Source of the DNA: Rhizomicrobium sp.
Lineage (GTDB): Bacteria; Pseudomonadota; Alphaproteobacteria; Micropepsales; Micropepsaceae
DNA: 64,000 bases
Assembly (NCBI GenBank): GCA_035502355.1
Contig: DATJUM010000194.1
Coordinates: 6,483 to 70,482, forward strand
Direction: 5' to 3'
Notes under the pieces: generated by a model
Seen by the model: the letters and a program-made list of their open reading frames with translations, nothing else
The model's database searches: none
Told to the model about the DNA's origin: nothing
Shown here: one piece after another, positions 26,253-35,678 of the stretch
How the letters are laid out: every line of letters starts with the position of its first letter
How positions within the stretch are numbered: the stretch's first letter is position 1
Position numbers and translations under genes: made by a program

Positions 26253-27976
26253 CACGCAGCCCGTCGTTCTGGTTTGGTCCGCGTTTGGACGGGGATGGAA
26301 GCGAATTCCATCTGTGGGCTCCGGCGCAGCGGGATATCGCGTTGGAGGTTGACGGCTCGGTGCCTGTTCCAATGCCGGCAAGCGCTGATGGGCGGCGCAA
26401 GGCCGCTGCGCCCGTGGTCACCGGGGCGCGCTACAAGTTTCGCATCGGCAAGGAATTGTTCGTGCCCGATCCCGCCTCGCGTGCGCAGGATGGCGATGTC
26501 GGCGATCCGAGCCTCCTTGTTCATCCCGCGGCCTATCACTGGCGATGCAACGGCTGGAGGGGACGGCCCTGGGAGGAAACGATCCTTTACGAACTGCACG
26601 TAGGCCTGCTCGGCGGATTCACCGGCGTCGCCGCTCAACTTGCGCGCATCGCAAGGCTGGGATTCACTGCGATCGAGATGATGCCGGTCGCCGATTTTCC
26701 CGGCACCCGCAACTGGGGTTATGACGGCGTTCTGCCATTCGCCCCGGACCGCGCCTATGGCACGCCCGATGAGCTGAAACAGCTGATCGACTGTGCTCAC
26801 GCACTCGGCCTGATGGTATTTCTCGATGTCGTATATAATCACTTCGGGCCTGATGGAAACCGGCTTTCAGAATACGCGCCGCAATTCTTCCGCGCCGATC
26901 TGCAGACGCCATGGGGCGCCGCAATCGACTTCCGCGAGCCTATGGTGCGCCGGTTCTTCATCGAGAATGCCATCTACTGGATACGCGAATTCCATTTCGA
27001 CGGGTTGCGCCTCGACGCAGTGCACGCGATCCGTGACAGGCGATTTCTTCTGGAACTGGCGGCGGAGGTGCGCGACAGCGTGCCCGCAGACCGATATGTT
27101 CATCTGGTCGTCGAAAATGACGACAATGATGCCGATCTGCTGCGACACGGTTTCAATGCGCAATGGAACGACGATTATCATCACGCGCTGCATGTTCTGC
27201 TCACGGGTGAAACGGCAGGCTACTATGCCGACTACGCCGAAGCGCCGACGTACGCACTGGCCCGCGCGCTGGCCGAAGGCTTCATTTACCAGGGCGAGCT
27301 GTCGCTGCATCGCGGTGAGGCACGGGGCACGCCGAGCGCAAACCTGCCGCCGACTGCCTTTGTTTCGTTCCTGCAGAATCACGACCAGATAGGCAATCGC
27401 GCATTCGGTGAAAGATTAACTGTGCTTGCCGATCCGAACCGATTACGAGCCGCGATCGCACTGCAATTGCTCTGTCCGCAGATTCCGCTCGTCTTCATGG
27501 GGGAGGAGGGGGGCGCGCGCGAACCATTTCTCTATTTCACCGATCACAAACCCGAACTTGCCGAATCAGTGCGGAAAGGCCGCCGCGAGGAGTTCGCGAA
27601 ATTTTCCGAATTTTCCGATCCAAAACGGCGTGAAGAAATTCCCGACCCCAATGCGCCGGAGACATTCGAGCGCTCCCGCCCCGCTTTCGAAGGTGCGGAC
27701 GCCGCCGAGCGCAGTGATATGTATCAGGCGCTCATTCGCCTGCGGAGCGAACATATCATTCCACGTTTGAAGGGTGCTCGCGCCGAGGGCGCGGAGGTTT
27801 TGGGTGAAGGGGCCGTGCTGGCCCGCTGGCGCATGGGCGATGGCGCAAGGCTCACTCTCGCCATCAATATTGGGCCAGACGCCGTTACGGGGGATCTGCC
27901 GCAAACGTTGCCGCTCTGGGGCAGGTCAGCGCGGGCACTCATGGCAGATACAACTGTGGCATGGATCGAAACATGA
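26249..27976 (+). CDS. treZ: malto-oligosyltrehalose trehalohydrolase
   Basis: GTG 26249 overlaps the glgX stop (GTGA). Sequence FHLWAP...YELHVG...WGYDGVLPFAP...FLDVVYNHFGPDGN...[10 protein letters not shown]. Confidence 0.9.
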   Translation: MTRSPSFWFGPRLDGDGSEFHLWAPAQRDIALEVDGSVPVPMPASADGRRKAAAPVVTGARYKFRIGKELFVPDPASRAQDGDVGDPSLLVHPAAYHWRCNGWRGRPWEETILYELHVGLLGGFTGVAAQLARIARLGFTAIEMMPVADFPGTRNWGYDGVLPFAPDRAYGTPDELKQLIDCAHALGLMVFLDVVYNHFGPDGNRLSEYAPQFFRADLQTPWGAAIDFREPMVRRFFIENAIYWIREFHFDGLRLDAVHAIRDRRFLLELAAEVRDSVPADRYVHLVVENDDNDADLLRHGFNAQWNDDYHHALHVLLTGETAGYYADYAEAPTYALARALAEGFIYQGELSLHRGEARGTPSANLPPTAFVSFLQNHDQIGNRAFGERLTVLADPNRLRAAIALQLLCPQIPLVFMGEEGGAREPFLYFTDHKPELAESVRKGRREEFAKFSEFSDPKRREEIPDPNAPETFERSRPAFEGADAAERSDMYQALIRLRSEHIIPRLKGARAEGAEVLGEGAVLARWRMGDGARLTLAINIGPDAVTGDLPQTLPLWGRSARALMADTTVAWIET

Positions 27977-29973
27977 CGGAGGACGGGGCGGTCGCTGCAC
28001 TCGCAGCGCAGGCAGGGCTGGAAGTGGAGTGGACCGATGCGATGGGCGCGCGCCGGCATGTCGGCCTCGATACGCTCAGGGCTGTTCTGAGAGCGCTCGA
28101 TCTACCTGCTGACACAACTGCCGAAATTGCCGACAGCCGCGCGCGGCTGCATTGCGATTCGCATTCCATTCCGCCGCTGCAAGTTGCAAAGCCGGGCGAA
28201 GCAGTTCGCGTCGCTGATGGCGCGCGCGCGATACTGGCGCGGCCAGACGGATCGCGCAGGGCGCTGCGGCTACATCCGGGGCGCGAGAAAGAATCCACAA
28301 TTCGTGCACCGCGCGAGCCTGGTTATTATCGGATCGAATGTGACGAAGGCAATTCTGATCTTGCGGTGGTGCCGGCGCGTTGCGTGCGGCCGCTGGAACT
28401 GGCGGATGGCCGCAAGCTGTCCGGCATAGCTGTCCAGATCTACTCGTTGCGCGGAGGTACCGGCGGCGGTTTTGGCGATTTCGCGGCGCTTGCATCTTTC
28501 GCGAAAGTTGCGGGCCGTTTGGGCCTCGATGCCGTCATGGTCAGTCCCACCCATGCGTTGTTCGGCGCCGATCCGGGCAGTTTCAATCCGTATTCACCCT
28601 CGACGCGTCTCTTTATCAATCCACTCTTCGCCGATGTCACGCAGGAGGGACTGCCGGCAGAAGAAGAGACGGGTGATGAAGAACTGATCGATTGGCGGCG
28701 TGCCGGGCCGGCCAGATATCGGCGGCTGCGCGCGGCATTCGCATTGTTTCGGGAGAAGACAAATCACGACGCATTCGCGAATTTCTGTCGCGAAGGCGGG
28801 GAACGCCTTGTCACGCACGCATTGTTCGAAACGCTGGATGCAAAATTCCGCAAGGACGGAATCACCGGATTCAAGAATTGGCCAGCGGATGTCCAGACGC
28901 CGAACTCCGCTGGCGCAAGGGCCTATATGCGCGCCGGGCCCGAAGAACTCGAATTCCAGCTGTTCCTGCAATGGCTGTCTGCGCGCAGCGCGGCGGCGGC
29001 GCAGAAAGCCGCGCGCGAATCCATGGCTATCGGCATTATTTCCGACATTGCAGTGGGCGTGGATCCGCAAGGCAGCCATGCCTGGAGCGCGCCGGAAGAG
29101 CTTCTTCGCGGTCTGCATGTCGGCGCGCCGCCCGACATCTTCAACACGCGCGGGCAGGATTGGGGATTGACGACTGTTTCGCCGCGCGCATTGCAGCTAT
29201 CTGGATATAATTCCTTCATTGCGACACTGCGCGCCGCCATGGCCCATGCTGGCGGTGTGCGGATCGATCATGCGTTGGGCTTCCGCCGGCTCTGGGTGAT
29301 TCCGTCAGGCGCTTCACCCGCCGAGGGCATCTATCTGCGCTATCCGCAACGCGCTCTGCTCGGGTTGACCGCACTCGAATCGCAGCTCCACCGGGCAATC
29401 GTCATCGGCGAGGATCTGGGCACGGTGCCGGAGGGATTCCGCGCGGAACTTGCCGCAATTGGTGTGCAAGGGATGCAGGTGCTGTGGTTCGAGCGGGCGC
29501 GCGGCGGCGGTTTTATCGCTCCAGAGCGCTGGCGGCGTGACGCGGCCGGCATGACGACAACTCATGATCTTCCCACCGTCGCCGGCTGGTGGAGTGGACA
29601 CGATATCGACCTGCAGCAGCGTTTGCATCGGCTTCGTACATCGGAAGATCAGGAACGACGAGAGCGCAGCGAAGATCGGGCGCGCCTGTGGTCGGCGTTC
29701 CGTCGCGCGAAATGCGCGTTGGGCGCCGCTCCGCCGCCTGATCAGCCGGAGGCAGTTGTTGCTGCGGCGCTGCAATTCATTGGAAAGTCGCGTTGCGGCC
29801 TCGCCATCGCGCCCGTCGAAGACCTCCTTGGCGAGCGCGATCAGCCGAACCTTCCCGACACTGTCGAGGAACATCCCAACTGGCGGCGTCGCCTGAAACA
29901 GGGGGATCCGTTGCGCGACGAAACAACACGCTCGCGCCTCCATGCGTTTGTCTCCGCGAGGAACACGACATGA
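27973..29973 (+). CDS. malQ: 4-alpha-glucanotransferase (amylomaltase)
   Basis: ATG 27973 overlaps the treZ stop (ATGA); an alternative ATG lies at 27961. GH77 features are present: YSLR...GDF, VRIDHALGF, GEDLGTVP. Confidence 0.88.
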   Translation: MTEDGAVAALAAQAGLEVEWTDAMGARRHVGLDTLRAVLRALDLPADTTAEIADSRARLHCDSHSIPPLQVAKPGEAVRVADGARAILARPDGSRRALRLHPGREKESTIRAPREPGYYRIECDEGNSDLAVVPARCVRPLELADGRKLSGIAVQIYSLRGGTGGGFGDFAALASFAKVAGRLGLDAVMVSPTHALFGADPGSFNPYSPSTRLFINPLFADVTQEGLPAEEETGDEELIDWRRAGPARYRRLRAAFALFREKTNHDAFANFCREGGERLVTHALFETLDAKFRKDGITGFKNWPADVQTPNSAGARAYMRAGPEELEFQLFLQWLSARSAAAAQKAARESMAIGIISDIAVGVDPQGSHAWSAPEELLRGLHVGAPPDIFNTRGQDWGLTTVSPRALQLSGYNSFIATLRAAMAHAGGVRIDHALGFRRLWVIPSGASPAEGIYLRYPQRALLGLTALESQLHRAIVIGEDLGTVPEGFRAELAAIGVQGMQVLWFERARGGGFIAPERWRRDAAGMTTTHDLPTVAGWWSGHDIDLQQRLHRLRTSEDQERRERSEDRARLWSAFRRAKCALGAAPPPDQPEAVVAAALQFIGKSRCGLAIAPVEDLLGERDQPNLPDTVEEHPNWRRRLKQGDPLRDETTRSRLHAFVSARNTT

Positions 29974-32513
29974 TCCCACGCGCCACGTACCGAATCCAGT
30001 TCCGGAAGGAGTTCACCTTCGAAAACGCCTGTGCCATCGTTCCCTATCTCGCGCGGCTCGGCATCAGTCACATCTACGCCTCGCCCATCCTCATGGCGCG
30101 CAAGGGCTCGCCGCACGGCTATGACGTGGTGGATCATGCGCATATCAGCGCGGAGCTCGGCGGCGAGGACGGTTTTCGCAAACTGGTCTCAACGCTGAAA
30201 GCGCATGGGTTGGGACTGATCGTGGATATCGTTCCCAATCACATGGCAGTCGGCAAAGAGAATCCCTGGTGGATGGACGTCCTCGCGCATGGCCGCGCCA
30301 GCGTTCATGCGCGCGCTTTCGATATCGATTGGGAGCCGCCGGATCCGACGCTGCAAAACAGGGTGTTGCTGCCGGTGCTCGGTGCGCCGCTCGCGGAAAC
30401 GCTTGCGCGAGGGGAAATCAGGGTCACGCGCGACGAGAAGATCGGCGACGCGGTTGTGGCTTATGCGGATCATCGCTTTCCGCTGCGGCCGGAGGACAAC
30501 GCATTCCCCGACAGAACGACGGAGGGCGGGTGTCGTCCGGATGTTCTCTTTCATCTCCTGGAGCGCCAGCATTATCGATTGGCCTGGTGGCGCACCGCCG
30601 GCGATCTCATCAACTGGCGCCGATTTTTCGACATCAACGATCTTGTCGCGCTGCGGATGGAGGACGACGCCGTTTTCGAAGCCGTCCATGCCAAGCCGCT
30701 CGCGCTCTATGCGGAAGGTCTGATCGACGGTCTCCGCATCGATCACGTGGATGGCCTTGCCGATCCGCGTTCCTATTGCCGCAAGCTGCGCGGGCATCTC
30801 GATCGGCTGCGGCCGGGCGGGTATCTGGTGGTGGAGAAGATTCTCGCCTCGGACGAAATGCTGCCGGACGATTGGGGCGTGGAAGGCACCACCGGCTATG
30901 ATTTCATGAATGATGCGGCGGCGGTGCTGCATGATCCCGCCGGCGCGCACCCGCTCGCGTGCGCTTGGGCCGAAATCAGCGGACGGAGCTCAGATTTCCA
31001 CGCGGAGGAGCGCGAAGCGCGGCGCGAGCTTCTCCAGTCCAAATTTCATGGCGCCTTTGAAGCCGTGGTGCGAAGTTTCTTTCACCTGGCTCCGCCCGCG
31101 GCACAGGACATGACGCAAGGCGCCGTGCGGCGCGCATTGCTGCGTCTCTTCGCCGAGCTGCGCATCTATCGCACGTACATTGCGGGCGGGGATTGCATGC
31201 CGCCCGACGCGTTCTTTGACTCCGCGGTCGAACGGGCTTTGCGCCGGGCACCGGCGAATGACGCGGCCGCCCTACAACACGTGGTACAAATATTTCAAAA
31301 CTTCGCCGGGGAGGATGTCGAAGAGCGGCGTGTTGCGGTGCGCCGGTTCAATCAGCTCGCAGCTTCCCTGGCCGCGAAAGCCGGAGAAGACACCGCCCTT
31401 TATCGCTACGGAATGCTGCTGTCGCGCAATGAGGTGGGCTCCGATCCCGACGAATTTTCACTCGCGCCCCGGCTGTTTCACATGCGCGCGCGCAAGCGGC
31501 TGAACGGCGCGCCGCTTCTTGCCACCGCCACGCATGATCACAAACGCGGCGAAGATGCGCGCATGCGGCTCGCCGTGCTGAGCGAAATCTCCACCGAATG
31601 GCTCGCGGCAATCGCCAGCTGGTTCGATCTCAACGCGCCAATCCGCGACAGTCGCCTCGACCGTGCGGACGAGTACCAGCTCTATCAGACATTGGTCGGA
31701 TCATGGCCGCTCGATCTCGACTGGCGGGATGCGGAAAAGATGGGCCGCTTTGCCGATCGCATCCTCATCTGGCGCATCAAATCGCTGCATGAAGCGAAGC
31801 TGCGCAGTTCCTGGAGCGATCCTGACAGGGATTATGAGGAGGCGAGCGCCAGCTTTGTGCGTCGCCTGCTCGATCCGCAGCGATCTGCGGATTTTCTTTC
31901 CAGTTTTGCCGTCTTCATGGATTGGATCGCGCCGGCCGCGGTGCTGAACGGGCTGGTTCAAACGGCGCTTCGCTGCTCCACGCCCGGTGTGCCGGATCTC
32001 TATCAGGGCGCAGAATTTTGGGATTTCAGCCTGGTCGATCCCGACAACCGGCGTCCGGTCGATTTCGCGGTGCGTGCGGAGGCACCCGCGCGCGCGAGTG
32101 GTCCTGCGGAATTGCTGAAGAACTGGCGCAGCGGCGAAATCAAGCAGCATGTCATTGCGCAACTGCTCACCTTGCGAAAAAAAGAGACGGACTGTTTTCT
32201 CGGCGGCGACTATCTGCCGTTGGAAGCGCAGGGGCGGTGTCGCGAAAACATCATGGGCTATGTTCGCAGCCATGACGGCACGAACATTATCGTGCTGGTC
32301 CCTCGGCTTTGCGCCAAAGCCTCCATCGAAGCAGCGCGTCCACTTCCAGACACGTCATTCTGGAAGGATACCGTCGTGCCGCTTTCAGCCGGCCTCTATG
32401 GCCGAACCTGGCGCTCATTGTTTGATCCGGAGATCACTATTGCTCCCGCGCATCACCTCAGCTGCGCCGAGTTGTTCCGCTGGTTCCCGGTGACAGTACT
32501 CGTGAATTCGTGA
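29970..32513 (+). CDS. treY: malto-oligosyltrehalose synthase
   Basis: ATG 29970 overlaps the malQ stop (ATGA). Sequence MIPRATYRIQFRKEFTFENA...GISHIYASPIL...GYDVVDH...DGLRIDHVDGL. Confidence 0.92.
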   Translation: MIPRATYRIQFRKEFTFENACAIVPYLARLGISHIYASPILMARKGSPHGYDVVDHAHISAELGGEDGFRKLVSTLKAHGLGLIVDIVPNHMAVGKENPWWMDVLAHGRASVHARAFDIDWEPPDPTLQNRVLLPVLGAPLAETLARGEIRVTRDEKIGDAVVAYADHRFPLRPEDNAFPDRTTEGGCRPDVLFHLLERQHYRLAWWRTAGDLINWRRFFDINDLVALRMEDDAVFEAVHAKPLALYAEGLIDGLRIDHVDGLADPRSYCRKLRGHLDRLRPGGYLVVEKILASDEMLPDDWGVEGTTGYDFMNDAAAVLHDPAGAHPLACAWAEISGRSSDFHAEEREARRELLQSKFHGAFEAVVRSFFHLAPPAAQDMTQGAVRRALLRLFAELRIYRTYIAGGDCMPPDAFFDSAVERALRRAPANDAAALQHVVQIFQNFAGEDVEERRVAVRRFNQLAASLAAKAGEDTALYRYGMLLSRNEVGSDPDEFSLAPRLFHMRARKRLNGAPLLATATHDHKRGEDARMRLAVLSEISTEWLAAIASWFDLNAPIRDSRLDRADEYQLYQTLVGSWPLDLDWRDAEKMGRFADRILIWRIKSLHEAKLRSSWSDPDRDYEEASASFVRRLLDPQRSADFLSSFAVFMDWIAPAAVLNGLVQTALRCSTPGVPDLYQGAEFWDFSLVDPDNRRPVDFAVRAEAPARASGPAELLKNWRSGEIKQHVIAQLLTLRKKETDCFLGGDYLPLEAQGRCRENIMGYVRSHDGTNIIVLVPRLCAKASIEAARPLPDTSFWKDTVVPLSAGLYGRTWRSLFDPEITIAPAHHLSCAELFRWFPVTVLVNS

Positions 32514-32526
32514 GTTGCGCTCACAT

Positions 32527-33294
32527 TCACGCGGCTGCGCGGACGGTCTGGATTACGCGAGGGACACGAAAATTGGCGATTTCCCGGAGCCGGTCAGGCT
32601 CGAGCAGACGGACCATGCCCCCCTTGAATTCGATGAGCTGGTCGCGCCGCAACTGCTGCAGTGTGCGGTTCAAATGCACCACACTGAGGCCCAGCGCATC
32701 TGCCATGATTTCCTGCGTAAGCGGAATTGCGACCGTCGTCTCTCCCGCAAGTCCCACAAGCCCAAGCCTTTCGTGGATCTCGAGAATGAAGTGCGCCGTG
32801 CGCTCATAGGCGGTCTGCCGGCCGACACGCATCAGCTGATTGAGCAGATAGGCCTCATCAAGGCTGGCAGTGGCGTAGCAGGCTTTGGTCAGGCCGGGAT
32901 AGGATTCCGATTCCGTAGTGATAGCGGTGCCCAAGGCGGATGCGTCGGCGATCACGACCGGCGTCAGCGCGAGCGACGTGGTAAGCGCAATGGCTAGCGG
33001 GCGCAGGCAGAGACCGTAAATGTCGCCCGGCAGGATAAATTCGAAAATCTGGCGGCGACCGTCAGGCAAAGTGCGGAAACGGCAAGCCCAGCCAGCCATC
33101 AGCAAGCGCGGCGAATCCAGCGCTTCACCTTCGCGGATGAGTTCGGTTCCCGCCGGCACTTCTTCCGTGTGCTGCACGACCGCCTCGATGAGCATCCGAT
33201 CCCTGGGCGACAAGTCGGCGAGATGCGACAGGCGACGGACGAGCAGATCGGCATGCGATGATGTATCGAGTCCCAGAGCGCGCCATCTTTCCAT
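32527..33294 (-). CDS. Crp/Fnr-family transcriptional regulator
   Basis: ATG 33294 is preceded by GCGGAGG at 8 nt. A cNMP-binding-like domain is followed by the C-terminal HTH TQEIMADALGLSVVHLNRTLQQLR. Confidence 0.85.
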   Translation of the reverse strand: MERWRALGLDTSSHADLLVRRLSHLADLSPRDRMLIEAVVQHTEEVPAGTELIREGEALDSPRLLMAGWACRFRTLPDGRRQIFEFILPGDIYGLCLRPLAIALTTSLALTPVVIADASALGTAITTESESYPGLTKACYATASLDEAYLLNQLMRVGRQTAYERTAHFILEIHERLGLVGLAGETTVAIPLTQEIMADALGLSVVHLNRTLQQLRRDQLIEFKGGMVRLLEPDRLREIANFRVPRVIQTVRAAA

Positions 33295-33602
33295 CGTGGT
33301 CCTCCGCTTTCGCTGAATTGCTGCCGTACTCAAATGCGGACCCTCTTCCCGGCCGGCTTCCCCCTTCGGTATTGCCAGTTCGCGGGGGTTAGCGTGCGAT
33401 AAAGCGCAAAGTTCTAAAGCTGCAAACGAACAAAGGAGGGGTTCGTTGCGGGGGCGGGTCTCAGTTGACCACTCACCCTGCGGGCGTCGTTAACCGTTTT
33501 GCCGCAGGCGCGAATTCCCCGGAACCTATTGCGCTGCCACGGCTTCACTAGGTCGCCAGGCGCAAGGCGCGCCGCGTCATCATCCTGATCGGAGACAATC
33601 CT

Positions 33603-34232
33603 ATGGCCCAGCCCTTCGAGCTTTCACCCCTACCCTACCAGGAAGACGCGCTCGCCCCGGCGATTTCGGCCCAGACTATCGGGTTCCATTACCACAAACA
33701 TCACAAGGCCTATGTAGAGGCCCTGAACAGGCTCGTCGCGGGAACCCGCTATGCCGACATGAAGCTCGAACAGATCGTCCGCACCACGTCGGGCCATGAG
33801 GCGGAAAAGGAAAAGAAGATTTTCAATAATGCGGGTCAGGTCTGGAATCACGATTTCTACTGGCGGAGCCTGTCGCCGCGGTCGAAAAAACCGTCCGGCA
33901 AGCTTGCCCAGGCGATCGAGCGGGATTTCGGCAGTCTTGATGCGCTGCTCAAGCAATTCGTGGACGCCGGCAAGGAACAGTTCGGCAGCGGGTGGGCCTG
34001 GCTCGTCTCGAATGGCGGCAAGCTCTCGATAACCAGGACCGGCAACGCGCAGGATCCCATGGCGGACCATATCAACTGTCTGTTGACCGTGGACGTTTGG
34101 GAGCATGCTTATTATCTCGACTATCAAAACGAGCGTGCGAAATATCTCGATGCGGCACTCGGCAAGTTGAACTGGGAGTTTGCGGCAGAAAATCTCGACA
34201 GGGAGGATCAGCCCGTCCGTGCCGCAGCCTGA
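33603..34232 (+). CDS. sodB: Fe superoxide dismutase
   Basis: 209 aa. Sequence HYHKHHKAY, FNNAGQVWNHDFYW (Fe-type signature), DVWEHAYYLDYQN. Confidence 0.93.
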   Translation: MAQPFELSPLPYQEDALAPAISAQTIGFHYHKHHKAYVEALNRLVAGTRYADMKLEQIVRTTSGHEAEKEKKIFNNAGQVWNHDFYWRSLSPRSKKPSGKLAQAIERDFGSLDALLKQFVDAGKEQFGSGWAWLVSNGGKLSITRTGNAQDPMADHINCLLTVDVWEHAYYLDYQNERAKYLDAALGKLNWEFAAENLDREDQPVRAAA

Positions 34233-34598
34233 TCGTTCCCGATTGCGGTCCGTTAATGCCCGACGCTTTGCTGCTTTGACGGCCGGCGCGTGTTGGGAGA
34301 TTTTGTTACCCCAAAACCGAGACGCCAGAACCGGGCTGTAGTCGCGAGCAGCCTAAAGAAGGAATGGCTCGTCTGAGGTCGTAGGCGCACGCTCAAATGA
34401 CCTGGTTCGTCCGGTCTTTCAAAGCGCCCAACCACAAGGTGTCCCAACATTGACGCACTCCAATGCCCTGGACCTCTTTCCCGCCACCCCGGCGCAGCGA
34501 AGATACAATTTCTGCAACTGAAATAGTTAGCGGATGATTAAGATTCGCAACCATACGGTGCGTTCCGCGGAATACTAGCGAAAATCGCGCAATGAACC

Positions 34599-34916
34599 TC
34601 AGTGACCACCGCCCGGCTCCGGTGCCAAGGGTGGATTCATGCCGTCCGGCGTGCTTGTCTCGCTGTTCGTGCGCCGGCAAGCTTGCAACCCGTTGTTCCA
34701 GCCAGCACGATAGGCCGCGTCGCTATTGAGGCGTTGCGCATCGCCGCGAGTGCGGTCGCGCAGGTCGGCACCTTGGTCCGTCGCTGCTTCGCAGCCGTCC
34801 TCGTACCCATCCTGGAAGCTCGGATTTTTGCGAAGCACCGAATCATTTCCGCCGCCGAACATTTCGCAGCCGGTCAGGGCGAGTGCGACGCAGATAGCGG
34901 GGAATCTAATCCTCAT
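34599..34916 (-). CDS. small lipoprotein, unknown function
   Basis: ATG 34916 after GAAGGAG. MRIRFPAICVALALTGC has a lipobox (LTGC). 105 aa. Confidence 0.6.
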   Translation of the reverse strand: MRIRFPAICVALALTGCEMFGGGNDSVLRKNPSFQDGYEDGCEAATDQGADLRDRTRGDAQRLNSDAAYRAGWNNGLQACRRTNSETSTPDGMNPPLAPEPGGGH

Positions 34917-35058
34917 GGTGTGTGCTCCTTCGGTGCAGGCGCCAAGCAGCGCCACGGCCGTGCAATCCATCAATCCCAGAGCGGGAAGTATAAAGCGTGG
35001 GCGAGAATTGTGATCGTCGCGGCGAAGACAAATAAGCTCGGATCGGCCGCGGCCGCAT

Positions 35059-35523
35059 TCATGTCGGATGCGTGACTCCAGCGAGCGCGCGGATTGCGTC
35101 CCAGCAGGAAATGATTCCAATCAGCGTTTCCGAGTTCCTTTCCACCACCGGAATGGGCGTGGGACTGCGGCAGCAAAGGCGGAGGGCTTCGATCTCGGGC
35201 GCGTCCGGGGGGAGGCGCGCGCTGTTGCGGTCCGCAACGTCCGAAACACGCCGGTTTTTCACCTCTCCATAGCTGCGCCGCAACTCGCCGGGATCGTCGC
35301 TGATGAACCGCAAATTCGCCGTCAAATTGCCAGCCAGCGCCACGCGCGGCACGAGCAGGCCGAGCAGATCGTAGATACCGAACATGCCGATGAAGCGACC
35401 GGCCGCGTCCACTACGGGGAGACTCGTGTAATGATGCGCAACCAGCTTCGATGCCGCACCCCCGACCGTCTCCTCCTCCGCAATGGTCGGCGGCGCCTTC
35501 GTCATGATCGCGGTACAGCTCAT
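35059..35523 (-). CDS. CBS-domain protein
   Basis: ATG 35523 after AAGGGAGA. It has two CBS-like motifs (…HHYTSLPVVDAAGRFIGMFGIYDLL… and …IPVVERNSETLIGIISCWDAI…). Confidence 0.75.
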   Translation of the reverse strand: MSCTAIMTKAPPTIAEEETVGGAASKLVAHHYTSLPVVDAAGRFIGMFGIYDLLGLLVPRVALAGNLTANLRFISDDPGELRRSYGEVKNRRVSDVADRNSARLPPDAPEIEALRLCCRSPTPIPVVERNSETLIGIISCWDAIRALAGVTHPT

Positions 35524-35678
35524 GCCGTCTCCCTTCGCGAAGATGACGAATTTCGTAACGTGCGGGCAAAGGCGTCGCAAGCGGGCGACCAAGCCTGTGG
35601 ATTAAAGAGAAATGCGTTCTTACGTTTAAGCTTCATTAAACCACACGACCCGAAGGTCCGGAATCTCTCGAATCGCAG

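Noticed and set aside
33437-33490. 15-codon micro-ORF after the AAGGAGG in the crp-sodB spacer hairpin loop
   Set aside because: It is too short, and the SD-like sequence is sequestered in a hairpin loop context. Nothing supports translation.
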